From positions 96,001-160,000 of the forward strand of contig CAVRCI010000002.1 in NCBI GenBank assembly GCA_963719495.1: 64,000 nt of DNA. Direction: 5' to 3'. A model generated the notes under the pieces. The model worked only from the letters and a program-made list of their open reading frames with translations, did not search any database and was not told where the DNA came from. Positions 8,972 through 18,931 of this stretch are shown here, in pieces. The position numbers and the translations under genes were made by a program. This stretch comes from an uncultured Verrucomicrobiae bacterium. GTDB lineage: Bacteria; Verrucomicrobiota; Verrucomicrobiia; Chthoniobacterales; JAATET01. The stretch's first letter is position 1. Each line of letters starts with the position of its first letter.

Positions 8972-10877
8972 CAGGGCATTTGGCTTGAAGCGCGAGGAAG
9001 CTGATAGGTAGGGGAAAAGAGAAATGGCTAGACAAAAGCGCGTCGAAAAGCTGAACTACGGTGGTGAAAAAGCAGGAGACCAGGAAAGGCGAGGGCATTG
9101 AAAGCAAGGCAACGCGATTGGAAGTGAAGGTAGCGCATTCGGCGGGGGACTGGCGCCGAGCGAAAGAGGCCCTTGGGCGAGAGCATGGGTTGGGAGCTGG
9201 GAGCGAGGCGGGAGACCGGCTCTGCCAGTTGGTGATGGAGGAAGGGAAGCTTGCCGGGGTAATGGTGTGGTGTGCGGCGGCGTGGCATTTGAAGGATCGG
9301 GACGAAGCGGTGGGATGGGATGCGGTGACGCGCTCGGAGCGGCTCAAGCTGGTGGTGCAGCTGCGACGCTTTCTGGTTTTGGAAGAGGCACGACGGCCGA
9401 ACCTGGCCAGCCAATGTCTTGGGGCCGGGATGCGGGAACTGGTGGAGCAATGGGAAAAGGTACACGGTTACCGACCACTTCTGGCCGAAAGCTTCAGCGA
9501 TCCAGAAAGCCATGCGGGAACGGTTTACAAAGCGACGAACTGGACGCAGGCGGGAACGACGAAGGGGTTTTCGCAAGACCACACCGACTACTACATCCCC
9601 AACGGGAGGCCCAAGAAGCTGTGGCTGAAAGAGCTCGCGCCCAAGGCCTGCGAGTTGATGAGCGCGCGCGAGTTGCCCGAAGCCAGCAAGGGGGCCTTGG
9701 TCGGACGCGGGGGAGCCCGCAGTCCGCTCAAGAACGCCGGACTCAAAAGCCTGCGCGACGCCTTGAGGGAGGTGCCCGATCCGCGTCACCCCAAAAGCCG
9801 CCGTCACCCCCTATCGGCGATGTTGACCCTGATCTCGCTGGGGTTGCTCATGGGGGCGCGCGACGTGCTCGATATCTGGAGGAAAGTGGCCTGCCTTTCC
9901 CAGAGCCAAAGAGAGGTGATCGGCCTGCGGGTGCGCGACAAGCAAAGTAAGCGGCTCAAGATGCCCGGCTACGATGCGCTCAACGACCTGCTGGCCGCCG
10001 TGGAACCCCACGCCTACGCCCATGCGCTGACGGCCTGGTTGCAAGCCAACGCGGGAGTGCTGCCCCGCAGCCTGGCCCTGGATGGCAAAAGCGTGGGCGA
10101 TGGACGCTGCGGCATGATCGTGACCCTTTGCCGTCATGAAGACGGGCGTCCGGTGGCCATGATCCCGGCCAGCGGAAAAAAAGAAGACTGCGAAGTCTCT
10201 GAAGCCCGCGCCCTGCTCTCCAATCCCGGGGTGGAACTGGTCAACGCGCTGGTCACGGCCGACCCGCTTCACAACAAAGAGGCCACCGCGCGAGTCATCC
10301 TGGAAAAGGGAGGCGACTATCTCATCGGCACAAAAGCAAATACCTCCAAACGATTGGAGGCAGCCACCCGCGCCCTGGAGGGCTCCCCTTTTTTGACCTG
10401 AGCTGCGAAGGCGATCACGGGCGCATCGACTCCCGCAAAGCCGCCGTCCAACCCATCTCCCCAGTCTCCGCCGGGCTGCCCGGTGCCCGCTCCGCCATCA
10501 CCGTGCAGCGCGACTGGCAGGAAAAGAAAGACCCCCACCAAACGCCCAAGAGCCATACCCGTATCTTCCTTTCCAGCCTGGAACCGGAAGAAAAATCCCG
10601 TTCCACCCGCGCCGTTCGCGAGCACTGGAGCATCGAGAACCGCAATCACCACAAACGCGACGCCTCCGCCTGGCAAGAAGATCGGCACCGACATCGCAGA
10701 CCAAAAGCTGCCCTCAACCTCGCCCTCACCCGCAACGTCCTGCTCGCCCTCATTCCCTTTGAGCACGGGCAACCCCTCGCTCACTTCTTCGAACTCTACC
10801 ACCGACACCCAGCAAAAGCTCTCAACCTTATCCTTCACGCTCGCCCCGCCCTATGACCCTTCCAGCCAAACGCCCTG
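8972..10877 (+). mobile_element. ISAs1-family insertion sequence
   Basis: Terminal IRs CAGGGCATTTGGCTTGAAG / CTTCCAGCCAAACGCCCTG; no target duplication visible. Confidence 0.88.
9061..10856 (+). CDS. ISAs1 transposase with N-terminal DUF4338/DruA-like domain, split by -1 frameshift near 10386-10395
   Basis: ORF1 9061-10401 (RFL...NLAS...YKATNW...G, then VPDPR...RHPL and LDGK). The -1 frame continues with DHGRIDSR and REHWSIEN to 10856. Confidence 0.85.
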
Positions 10878-11381
10878 CGCCGGAGGCCATGCCGTGGGGT
10901 GAACGATTGCCTTGGATGGTTCGAACGTCGAACAAAATAGCTGATCTGGCCATGAATGGCTCTGCAGGCATGGGCGGATGAGCGGTCGATTCGGAGCAAT
11001 TCCGTAAACGATCAATTTCATCGGGACGAGGTCTTCGTGGTCGCTGCTCTGAGCGGGCCACGATGACCGGTCGAGCTACAAAGGATGAATTGCATTCAAA
11101 TCGTGGCCACCGGAGAAGACGAGCAGATCTGTGGTGATGTGCGGGATGAGAGGGTGAATGGGCTGTCCTGGCACATCAGCCACAGATCGGCGGCCGAGCT
11201 ACCAGTGACTCTTCGCTGGCCAATGTATCAAATACATCATCCGCCGGAGGCTTCAGGAAAACCCAACGTCAAGCTCAGCCACCCTGAGCGGGTCACCGAG
11301 CCAACCCTGAGGTGAGCTGCCAGTAGCGGGACCGAGCAACCCCAGCCAGCGAAGCGGCTAGGGGTTGGCTGCAGCGCCTTG

Positions 11382-11780
11382 TTAGGGCCGTATTGCGACG
11401 GGATCAAGAATGCTGCCGTCCATCAATACAAATACTGTCCAGAATGTGGGCTTTAGATCCTTTGACCCGTAGTTAACCTTGTAAAAGTAGCTGTCGTTAT
11501 AGGGTGAGGGAAGTCGATCAAGAACGATCTGAAATGGGCGCTCAGGAATATAGCCTGCCAAATTCTGTTTCAGGGTCCATTTCCGAGCAATAGTTTCAGC
11601 GTCTTTAACCGAAAGTGGTGGATCCTTATCAAATTTCCAGTGTGGTTGAGCATCCAATTGTTCGGAAGATGCGGACCAAACAAAATTCGGAGTCGAGTCG
11701 TGCGTCTGATCTATAACGTAGGATTCCGCCTGCACTTGGAGTGAGAATGCTAGAATTATGCTGAGTGGGATGTATTGCAT
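11382..11780 (-). CDS. Secreted hypothetical protein (copy 1)
   Basis: Signal peptide; duplicated at 12401-12823. Confidence 0.75.
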   Translation of the reverse strand: MQYIPLSIILAFSLQVQAESYVIDQTHDSTPNFVWSASSEQLDAQPHWKFDKDPPLSVKDAETIARKWTLKQNLAGYIPERPFQIVLDRLPSPYNDSYFYKVNYGSKDLKPTFWTVFVLMDGSILDPVAIRP

Positions 11781-11918
11781 GGTATGTATGTGTTGGTGCC
11801 CTAACGTCAAGCTCAGCCACCCCGAGCAGGCAGTCGAGCCAACCCTGAGGTGAGCTGCCAATAGCGGGTCCGAGCAACCCCAGCCAGCGAAGCGGCTAGG
11901 GGTTGGCTGCAGCGCCTT

Positions 11919-12310
11919 GTTAGACTCGTATTGCTTTTCTCCGTTTCTGTATACTTTGTTTGCTAAGTATAAGTGTGTGAGGTAAGCTGTCTTAGATGTG
12001 GTGATGGTGGAGGAGTTAAGTTCAGTGAGCCAGTAGCATCAGTCCTGATTGAATGAATTACACAAAATCACCTAAAAAATTCGTTTGCTGCGCACAAAAT
12101 ATGAGTTCGTCTTCGGATCACTTTCAATAACTGTTCTCGCTTCGCTCGACTTAGAATTCAAGCCACTCAGTGAATTCATCCACCGGAGGTCTGCATATCG
12201 ATACAAAATCCGCAGGCTCCGTTGCAAATGTTCGGCTTGGCGGGAGCGCTTCATGCATCTCATTACCTCATCCACCGGAGGTCTTCATGACTTTTGTATA
12301 AGAGTCTAAC
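11919..12310. other. Non-coding cassette family B, copy 1
   Basis: Homologous to 41270-41662 and 49361-49754. Confidence 0.7.
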
Positions 12311-12400
12311 GTCAAGCTCAGCCACCCTGAGCGGGTCACCGAGCCAACCCTGAGGTGAGCTGCCAGTAGCGGGACCGAGCAACCCCAGCCAGCGAAGCGG

Positions 12401-12823
12401 CTAGGGGTTGGCTGCAGCGCCTTGTTGGGGCCGTATTGCGACGGGATCAAGAATGCTGCCGTCCATCAATACAAATACTGTCCAGAATGTGGGCTTTAGA
12501 TCCTTTGACCCGTAGTTAACCTTGTAAAAGTAGCTGTCGTTATAGGGTGAGGGAAGTCGATCAAGAACGATCTGAAATGGGCGCTCAGGAATATAGCCTG
12601 CCAAATTCTGTTTCAGGGTCCATTTCCGAGCAATAGTTTCAGCGTCTTTAACCGAAAGTGGTGGATCCTTATCAAATTTCCAGTGTGGTTGAGCATCCAA
12701 TTGTTCGGAAGATGCGGACCAAACAAAATTCGGAGTCGAGTCGTGCGTCTGATCTATAACGTAGGATTCCGCCTGCACTTGGAGTGAGAATGCTAGAATT
12801 ATGCTGAGTGGGATGTATTGCAT
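12401..12823 (-). CDS. Secreted hypothetical protein (copy 2, reads into attC)
   Basis: Same as copy 1 but TAA->CAA in the core. Confidence 0.75.
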   Translation of the reverse strand: MQYIPLSIILAFSLQVQAESYVIDQTHDSTPNFVWSASSEQLDAQPHWKFDKDPPLSVKDAETIARKWTLKQNLAGYIPERPFQIVLDRLPSPYNDSYFYKVNYGSKDLKPTFWTVFVLMDGSILDPVAIRPQQGAAANP

Positions 12824-12962
12824 GGTATGTATGTGTTGGTGCCCTAACGTCAAGCTCAGCCACCCCGAGCAGGCAGTCGAGCCAACCCTGAGGTGAGCTG
12901 CCAATAGCGGGAACGAGCAACCCCAGCCAGCGAAGCGGCTAGGGGTTGGCTGCAGCGCCTTG

Positions 12963-13523
12963 TTAGCCCTGTATTCTTTTCAGACGGGTTCTCGTGTCGT
13001 CGAGGGTTGTTCTGAGTTCCTCAATATCTGAGTCAGGCATGTGATCAGCAAGAAGCTCGATGAAAAAAGAATCTGACTGAGTCGACTGATGTAAAAGCTG
13101 CATGATGTCGGCTTCGTAAATTGCAATACGATCGAAATCAAACTGACGATACAGGCTCGGAAGCGCGAATAGCTTGAGGAGGATCAATCCATCCACATTT
13201 CCCGTGGACAGGGAGCCGATCTCATACTGCATGGATTCGGTGAAATCATCGGCAATCATCTTGAAAACCCTGTGTTCTGCGAATAGGACATCCACACGGA
13301 GGCCGTCGAAGTCACCGTAGGCAAACATGTCGCTTCGTCGGGCAATCTTGAGCTCGGGAATATCAGCGAGACGTGGTGCCGAGATGATCAAATCAATATC
13401 ATCAGTATTGCGACCTCTGACATGTTGGAGCAATGCAATGCCTCCCACTACGACAAATGGAATGTTGCGAGCACGAAGGAGCGAAAGAAATGATGAGACG
13501 AGTTCTGGATAGTCTGCAGACAT
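12963..13523 (-). CDS. Nucleotidyltransferase-fold protein
   Basis: FVVVGGIAL...R.TDDIDLII...VDVL...LKL motifs. Confidence 0.75.
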   Translation of the reverse strand: MSADYPELVSSFLSLLRARNIPFVVVGGIALLQHVRGRNTDDIDLIISAPRLADIPELKIARRSDMFAYGDFDGLRVDVLFAEHRVFKMIADDFTESMQYEIGSLSTGNVDGLILLKLFALPSLYRQFDFDRIAIYEADIMQLLHQSTQSDSFFIELLADHMPDSDIEELRTTLDDTRTRLKRIQG

Positions 13524-13728
13524 GGGTCGGCCGAGTGTAACCGGATTGGCGAAGTGGGCCAATGCGATTATCTTACCGGGATGAAGCGGGGCGGGCATAG
13601 GTTTAATGGGCTAACGTCAAGCTCAGCCACCCTGAGCGGGCAATCAAGCCAACCCTGAGGTGAGCTGCCAATAGCGGGACCGAGCAACCCCAGCCAGCGA
13701 AGCGGCTAGGGGTTGGCTGCAGCGCCTT

Positions 13729-14118
13729 GTTAGCCTGTATTGTGTTTCTCGATAGGCGCTATCGATCGCGTTCAAAGGTTTCTGGTGAAGTTGATGTGTC
13801 GATGCGGGTTGTGAAGCTACAGTAGTTGTGGCGATCTTGAATCATGTCTTCCCGGTCGCTCTATCGGTAAAGTAGTATGTCCTGATCCCAAGAAAAACGT
13901 CTGCATAAAAATGCGAAAATCGGCCAAAAAAATTCGGCGCTACGCGTAAAAGTGAAATCGTCGTTCCTCCTCATTTAGGTTTTGGACAGGGTTACTGAAT
14001 GTCGGCGTCTTGGCATGTGAGAACGGTGCTCGAGAGAGTCGAACCGGAGCGGTTGTGGTCGATCCTCATGGTCATCGTTCCTAATACACTCATTTTATTC
14101 ATTGTATCAGAGGCTAAC
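13729..14118. other. Non-coding cassette, diverged relative of family B
   Basis: No ORF of 60 aa or more; shares CAAAAAAATTCG..GCT.CGC with family B. Confidence 0.55.
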
Positions 14119-14177
14119 GTTATCCGTGACTCAAGAACGAGCGCAGCGAGAGAATTGAGTCTACGGATTTGTTAGCC
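14112..14177 (-). repeat. attC: Short atypical attC (about 66 bp)
   Basis: GGCTAAC-AAAA-TCCGTAGACTCAA...TTGAGTCACGGA-TAAC-GTTAGCC hairpin. Confidence 0.85.
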
Positions 14178-14184
14178 GAGTTTA

Positions 14185-14559
14185 TCATTTATCTATCAGA
14201 CGTGGCACAGATAAGTTTTTGTCACTCAAAACAGTATCGCTAGTGGAACCTGCGGCTTCGTCAAAATAGCCATCAAAATCACCATCAATAAGAATATAAT
14301 GTTCATAGGAATCGGGAGGAGAAACGACTCTCAAATAATCAATCTTTCCATCGCCATTATGATCGGCACACTCAGCATTCGATTTCGTCCACGACGTCCC
14401 AATAAAGTTATTTCTAGCTCCAATCTCGGATCTATTCCATCCATTTTTAACCGATATAACCCCTACATCGGGAAACGCAAAGGTTTCGGAAGATGGTTGT
14501 GCATCCTCTCCGCACGAAATCAGCAGTAAGCTAAGTGTAAGCATGGCAAGAGATTTCAT
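14185..14559 (-). CDS. Lipoprotein
   Basis: Lipobox LLISC; DxNGDG motifs. Confidence 0.75.
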   Translation of the reverse strand: MKSLAMLTLSLLLISCGEDAQPSSETFAFPDVGVISVKNGWNRSEIGARNNFIGTSWTKSNAECADHNGDGKIDYLRVVSPPDSYEHYILIDGDFDGYFDEAAGSTSDTVLSDKNLSVPRLIDK

Positions 14560-14685
14560 ATTTTAGGCTAACGTCAAGCTCAGCCACCCTGAGCGGGCAA
14601 TCAAGCCAACCCTGAGGTGAGCTGCCAATAGCGGGAGCGAGCAACCCCAGCCAGCGAAGCGGCTAGGGGTTGGCTGCAGCGCCTT

Positions 14686-14968
14686 GTTCGGATCCGCATC
14701 TTCGTGGTCCCGTCGGATCTAAAATCTGCAGCCTTGCTCGCCGCCATGCCGAGTGATGATCGAGCCATACCAGCGAGTCAGACCGATGCGCTTCGATACG
14801 GAAATTGACGTCGAACGGACTGCGCAAAAATACCTTGGTTTGGGCTTCCGGCCAGGAAAATCAACCTTATTGTGGACACCTTCCGAATACACCCAATTTA
14901 TACAAAGCAAATTACAAACAAGCTTGTCTGCAGTTTGGGCGCCGTAGAACAGGGGCATAGGTCCGAAC
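14686..14968. other. Non-coding cassette family C, copy 1
   Basis: About 283 bp; homologous to 26510, 35127 and 48965. Confidence 0.7.
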
Positions 14969-15089
14969 GTCAAGCTCAGCCACCCTGAGCGGGTAGCCGA
15001 GCCGACCCTGAGGTGAGCTGCCGGTAGCGGGACCGAGCAACCCCAGCCAGCGAAGCGGCTAGGGGTTGGCTGCAGCGCCTTGTTCGGCT

Positions 15090-15380
15090 TCATCCATGCA
15101 GCGCTTCTAATACGATCTTTGGATGCCGTTCGGTGACCATGAGAAGCGCCCTGGCTGCTCCTTCCGGTTCTCGTCTCTTTTGCTCCCAATTCTGGATGGT
15201 TCGAGCACTTACCCCGATCATCAAGGCAAATTCGGTCTGACTCAATCCTAGGTTTCCGCGGATGTGCTGAACATCGGGATTTGAGACCTCGGTTACCCGA
15301 AAGTCTTGCTTGTCACCGCGCTGAAACGAACGAGCTTGCTTGATGCTACCAACCAGTAGTGAAAAATCTTCAGTATTCAT
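15090..15380 (-). CDS. higA: HigA antitoxin (XRE HTH), copy 1
   Basis: IRGNLGLSQTEFA...TIQNWEQ.RR.PEG motif. Confidence 0.9.
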   Translation of the reverse strand: MNTEDFSLLVGSIKQARSFQRGDKQDFRVTEVSNPDVQHIRGNLGLSQTEFALMIGVSARTIQNWEQKRREPEGAARALLMVTERHPKIVLEALHG

Positions 15381-15691
15381 GAGAGTTCTTGCTGAACAAG
15401 TGTTCGGAGCACCTTGAGTTGTTCGTTCGTGAAGTTGTCTTGTTTGTTCTTCGGGTATGCGAGAAGTAGAAATATCGATCCCTCGTGAAGGATGTAGTAG
15501 ATGACCCGGATGCCTCCACGCTTGCCGCGGCCTTGTGCGGACCAGCGTATTTTGCGAAGGCCACCGCTTCCGCGGATAAGATCGCCCGATTCAGGATTGA
15601 GCGAGAGAGTGACTTGAAAGTGGTGAAAATCGGCGTCATTGAGGAGCGTGGTGACCTGCTTGGTGAAAATAGGAGTTTCGATGAACTGCAC
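15377..15691 (-). CDS. higB: HigB-2/RelE-family toxin, copy 1
   Basis: FIETPIF...GGLRKIRW...GKRGGIRVIYY...LLAYPK motif. Confidence 0.9.
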   Translation of the reverse strand: MQFIETPIFTKQVTTLLNDADFHHFQVTLSLNPESGDLIRGSGGLRKIRWSAQGRGKRGGIRVIYYILHEGSIFLLLAYPKNKQDNFTNEQLKVLRTLVQQELS

Positions 15692-15698
15692 ATCATGA

Positions 15699-15726
15699 AA
15701 GATACGCCAATGGCGTATGCATGCAA
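15699..15726 (-). promoter_or_regulatory. higBA promoter with palindromic operator
   Basis: TTGCAT-16-TATCTT overlapping the palindrome ATACGCCA-T-TGGCGTAT. Confidence 0.65.
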
Positions 15727-15869
15727 CTGATTTCAGAGCCGAACGTCAAGCTCAGCCACCCTGAGCGGGTGACCGAGCCAACCCTGAGGTGAGCTGCCGG
15801 TAGCGGGAACGAGCAACTCCAGCCAGCGAAGCGGCTAGGGGTTGGCTGCAGCGCCTTGTTCGGTCTGTG

Positions 15870-16463
15870 TTAGTTCCATCCCACATGAGACATCAAAGTA
15901 TCTGGTGTTATGTCCATGCTTCCGAATAAAGCATCGAGAACTTCATGTTCTTTTCCTATGGGAATCCTCAAAAACAGCTGGGTTGATCGGCTGATTCCGT
16001 TCGCTTGAAGAATTACGCTCACTTCTTCATTTTCCACTTGGTAGGACTTGGTGAGCTTGAGCAACTTGCTCCACTCACTGTTTGAAATGTAGACTAATTT
16101 TCTAGCCGTCCTATCTAGAGTAGGCTGCCGACCTATCGAAATATCAAATTGGGCGAATGCGTTGTTAATCTCACCGGCGAGCTCGTCGATCGGAAGGTCT
16201 CCGGGAAGGTCAGCATCTTTTGTAAGAATTACGTATACGCCACCTTTTGTGTCCGGAGCAAAAAGTATAGAATGTGGGAGCTGAGGACTGTAAAGTGCAA
16301 AGTATGCTTGGAAAATGGACTTGTTTCGGAGCTCGTCGATTGCCTCAATAATCTCGGATTTTCCCGGCTTGAGCTTTAGTGGTGGCGGCTCAGAGAATCC
16401 AGAACGCACGCCTGTGCATAATAGTATGGTCGCAAGAGCAACTTTAGATAATCTGGAAATCAT
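15870..16463 (-). CDS. Secreted hypothetical protein
   Basis: Signal-like N-terminus; fills the cassette. Confidence 0.65.
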   Translation of the reverse strand: MISRLSKVALATILLCTGVRSGFSEPPPLKLKPGKSEIIEAIDELRNKSIFQAYFALYSPQLPHSILFAPDTKGGVYVILTKDADLPGDLPIDELAGEINNAFAQFDISIGRQPTLDRTARKLVYISNSEWSKLLKLTKSYQVENEEVSVILQANGISRSTQLFLRIPIGKEHEVLDALFGSMDITPDTLMSHVGWN

Positions 16464-16660
16464 AGTGCGGAATCGCTTTCTGCAATATTGGTGCACGGAG
16501 CCAAGGACTCATTCCGCCGGAGGCTGTATTGGACCGAACGTCAAGCTCAGCCACCCTGAGCGGGAAGCCGAGCCAACCCTGAGGTGAGCTGCCGATAGCG
16601 GGTCCGAGCAACCCCAGCCAGCGAAGCGGCTAGGGGTTGGCTGCAGCGCCTTGTTAGCCC

Positions 16661-17041
16661 TCAGGATTTAATGTATGGGACATTCACGTCGTCCAACATT
16701 GGAAAATGCTTGCGGTTCAGAGTGTCTAGAATGAGATCATGCGAATCGGAAGTTGCGGCAATAATGCAGTCTGCAAGCCCGGTCCCGTGAGAGGGGCGAA
16801 ACTGGCGCGAGTAGAGGCCTGCTTCTTCAGCTATCTCGACCGTCACCGGAAGAACCGTAAATGCCGATACTGTCTTTTCCAAGCGAGACCGTTCTGATCC
16901 CTCGCGAATACCTTGATAGAGTTCGGCAACGGTCATCACTGACAGGTAGGATTCGGTAATGTGGGACTCAACAAAGGAAACGGCATCAGGATAATTCTTC
17001 AAATAATCGATCATGATGTCGGTGTCGATCAACCGGGCCAT
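16661..17041 (-). CDS. vapC: VapC PIN toxin
   Basis: LIDTDIMID...VAELYQG...DCIIAAT...TLNRKHF motifs. Confidence 0.92.
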   Translation of the reverse strand: MARLIDTDIMIDYLKNYPDAVSFVESHITESYLSVMTVAELYQGIREGSERSRLEKTVSAFTVLPVTVEIAEEAGLYSRQFRPSHGTGLADCIIAATSDSHDLILDTLNRKHFPMLDDVNVPYIKS

Positions 17042-17275
17042 CTAAAATCGATCAAATTGCGAGCGCATTGCTCTGAGATCTAGTCCGTCTTCCCGGTCGG
17101 CCCACATTCCGCGTGACGATCTGAGTGCTTTGAGACGATTGCCGGAATCTCGGCGCGAGATAAACTCGTCAATTGCTTGCCTGATGAGTTCACTTTTGCC
17201 GCGGCCAAATGACTGCGACAACCTCGCAATGGCGGAGCTCTCTTCGTCAGTGAGGTATACTTGTGTTCGAATCAT
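17042..17275 (-). CDS. vapB: Ribbon-helix-helix (CopG-like) antitoxin
   Basis: RTQVYL...SELIRQAID; directly upstream of vapC. Confidence 0.85.
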   Translation of the reverse strand: MIRTQVYLTDEESSAIARLSQSFGRGKSELIRQAIDEFISRRDSGNRLKALRSSRGMWADREDGLDLRAMRSQFDRF

Positions 17276-17449
17276 ACAGCATAATGTATGGAGCGATCCT
17301 GCGTGTCAACAAATGAATTGGGGCTAACGTCAAGCTCAGCCACCCTGAGCGGGTAGCCGAGCCGACCCTGAGGTGAGCTGCCGGTAGCGGGACCGAGCAA
17401 CCCCAGCCAGCGAAGCGGCTAGGGGTTGGCTGCAGCGCCTTGTTCGGCT

Positions 17450-17740
17450 TCATCCATGCAGCGCTTCTAATACGATCTTTGGATGCCGTTCGGTGACCAT
17501 GAGAAGCGCCCTGGCTGCTCCTTCCGGTTCTCGTCTCTTTTGCTCCCAATTCTGGATGGTTCGAGCACTTACCCCGATCATCAAGGCAAATTCGGTCTGA
17601 CTCAATCCTAGGTTTCCGCGGATGTGCTGAACATCGGGATTTGAGACCTCGGTTACCCGAAAGTCTTGCTTGTCACCGCGCTGAAACGAACGAGCTTGCT
17701 TGATGCTACCAACCAGTAGTGAAAAATCTTCAGTATTCAT
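17450..17740 (-). CDS. higA: HigA antitoxin, copy 2
   Basis: Same protein as copy 1. Confidence 0.9.
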   Translation of the reverse strand: MNTEDFSLLVGSIKQARSFQRGDKQDFRVTEVSNPDVQHIRGNLGLSQTEFALMIGVSARTIQNWEQKRREPEGAARALLMVTERHPKIVLEALHG

Positions 17741-18051
17741 GAGAGTTCTTGCTGAACAAGTGTTCGGAGCACCTTGAGTTGCTCGTTCGTGAAGTTGTCT
17801 TGTTTGTTCTTCGGGTATGCGAGAAGTAGAAATATCGATCCCTCGTGAAGGATGTAGTAGATGACCCGGATGCCTCCACGCTTGCCGCGGCCTTGTGCGG
17901 ACCAGCGTATTTTGCGAAGGCCACCGCTTCCGCGGATAAGATCGCCCGATTCAGGATTGAGCGAGAGAGTGACTTGAAAGTGGTGAAAATCGGCGTCATT
18001 GAGGAGCGTGGTGACCTGCTTGGTGAAAATAGGAGTTTCGATGAACTGCAC
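17737..18051 (-). CDS. higB: HigB-2 toxin, copy 2
   Basis: Same protein as copy 1. Confidence 0.9.
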   Translation of the reverse strand: MQFIETPIFTKQVTTLLNDADFHHFQVTLSLNPESGDLIRGSGGLRKIRWSAQGRGKRGGIRVIYYILHEGSIFLLLAYPKNKQDNFTNEQLKVLRTLVQQELS

Positions 18052-18228
18052 ATCATGAAAGATACGCCAATGGCGTATGCATGCAACTGATTTCAGAGCC
18101 GAACGTCAAGCTCAGTCACCCCGAACGGATGTAGAGGAAAGTGGAGTGATCAACTGCAATCTGGTCGTTCGCCAACCCCTAAGAGCGAAGCGGCTAGGGG
18201 TTGACTGCAGCGCCTTGTTCGGCTGTAT

Positions 18229-18510
18229 CTATTTGGCGATTCTGTTTGTTAGCGTAACTAACGCCTCAATGGCATGTAAATTCAGAAAGAACTTAGGTTC
18301 ATCTGGGCCCACACCTCGCTTTCGTATCAAAGTATCATCAAATGTCACCTGTTCTTTTGAATGGTGAAGATCTTGATATGCAGCCCAAGCATATGGATAC
18401 GCGCTATCGAAGAAGCCCTCGATATGTTCGTCTTGGCGAATTCTCTCTTTGGCTTGAGTGACCAGTTGGTGGAGTTGATCTAATATTAACGTGCGTAGGT
18501 GTGTATTCAT
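18229..18510 (-). CDS. Hypothetical protein
   Basis: Second ORF of a two-gene cassette. Confidence 0.55.
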   Translation of the reverse strand: MNTHLRTLILDQLHQLVTQAKERIRQDEHIEGFFDSAYPYAWAAYQDLHHSKEQVTFDDTLIRKRGVGPDEPKFFLNLHAIEALVTLTNRIAK

Positions 18511-18530
18511 ATTTGATGATGTATGTTATG

Positions 18531-18758
18531 CTATTTCTGTTTGCTGTTGTGACGCGATCTCTGTCCAAGGATAATTCCAATGGTCGCACCTATCGCGATG
18601 AGGAAGACTTCAATCCCGAGCCCTTGAGTGAAAAGATAGCCAAGAAATACAAATGTTAGGCCGCCGACTGCCCAGGCTGATTTGCCGATGTTTTTCGAGA
18701 CAATGTAGCCGAGTGAACCCAAGAAAAATGCGAGAACGAGAGAATTTAGGAATAACAT
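18531..18758 (-). CDS. Small membrane protein
   Basis: Hydrophobic 75 aa. Confidence 0.6.
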   Translation of the reverse strand: MLFLNSLVLAFFLGSLGYIVSKNIGKSAWAVGGLTFVFLGYLFTQGLGIEVFLIAIGATIGIILGQRSRHNSKQK

Positions 18759-18931
18759 ATTGTTGCAGCGGGCGCGTAGTGAAAGGGATCTGTGAGCGAA
18801 TTTATGAATAAAGCCGAACGTCAAGCTCAGCCACCCTGAGCGGGCAATCAAGCCAACCCTGAGGTGAGCTGCCAATAGCGGGTCCGCGCAACCCCCGCCG
18901 CGAAGCGGCTAGGGGTTGGCTGCAGCGCCTT

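Noticed and set aside
9028..10838. Long antisense and alternative-frame ORFs inside the ISAs1 element
   Set aside because: Shadow ORFs of a GC-rich transposase gene.
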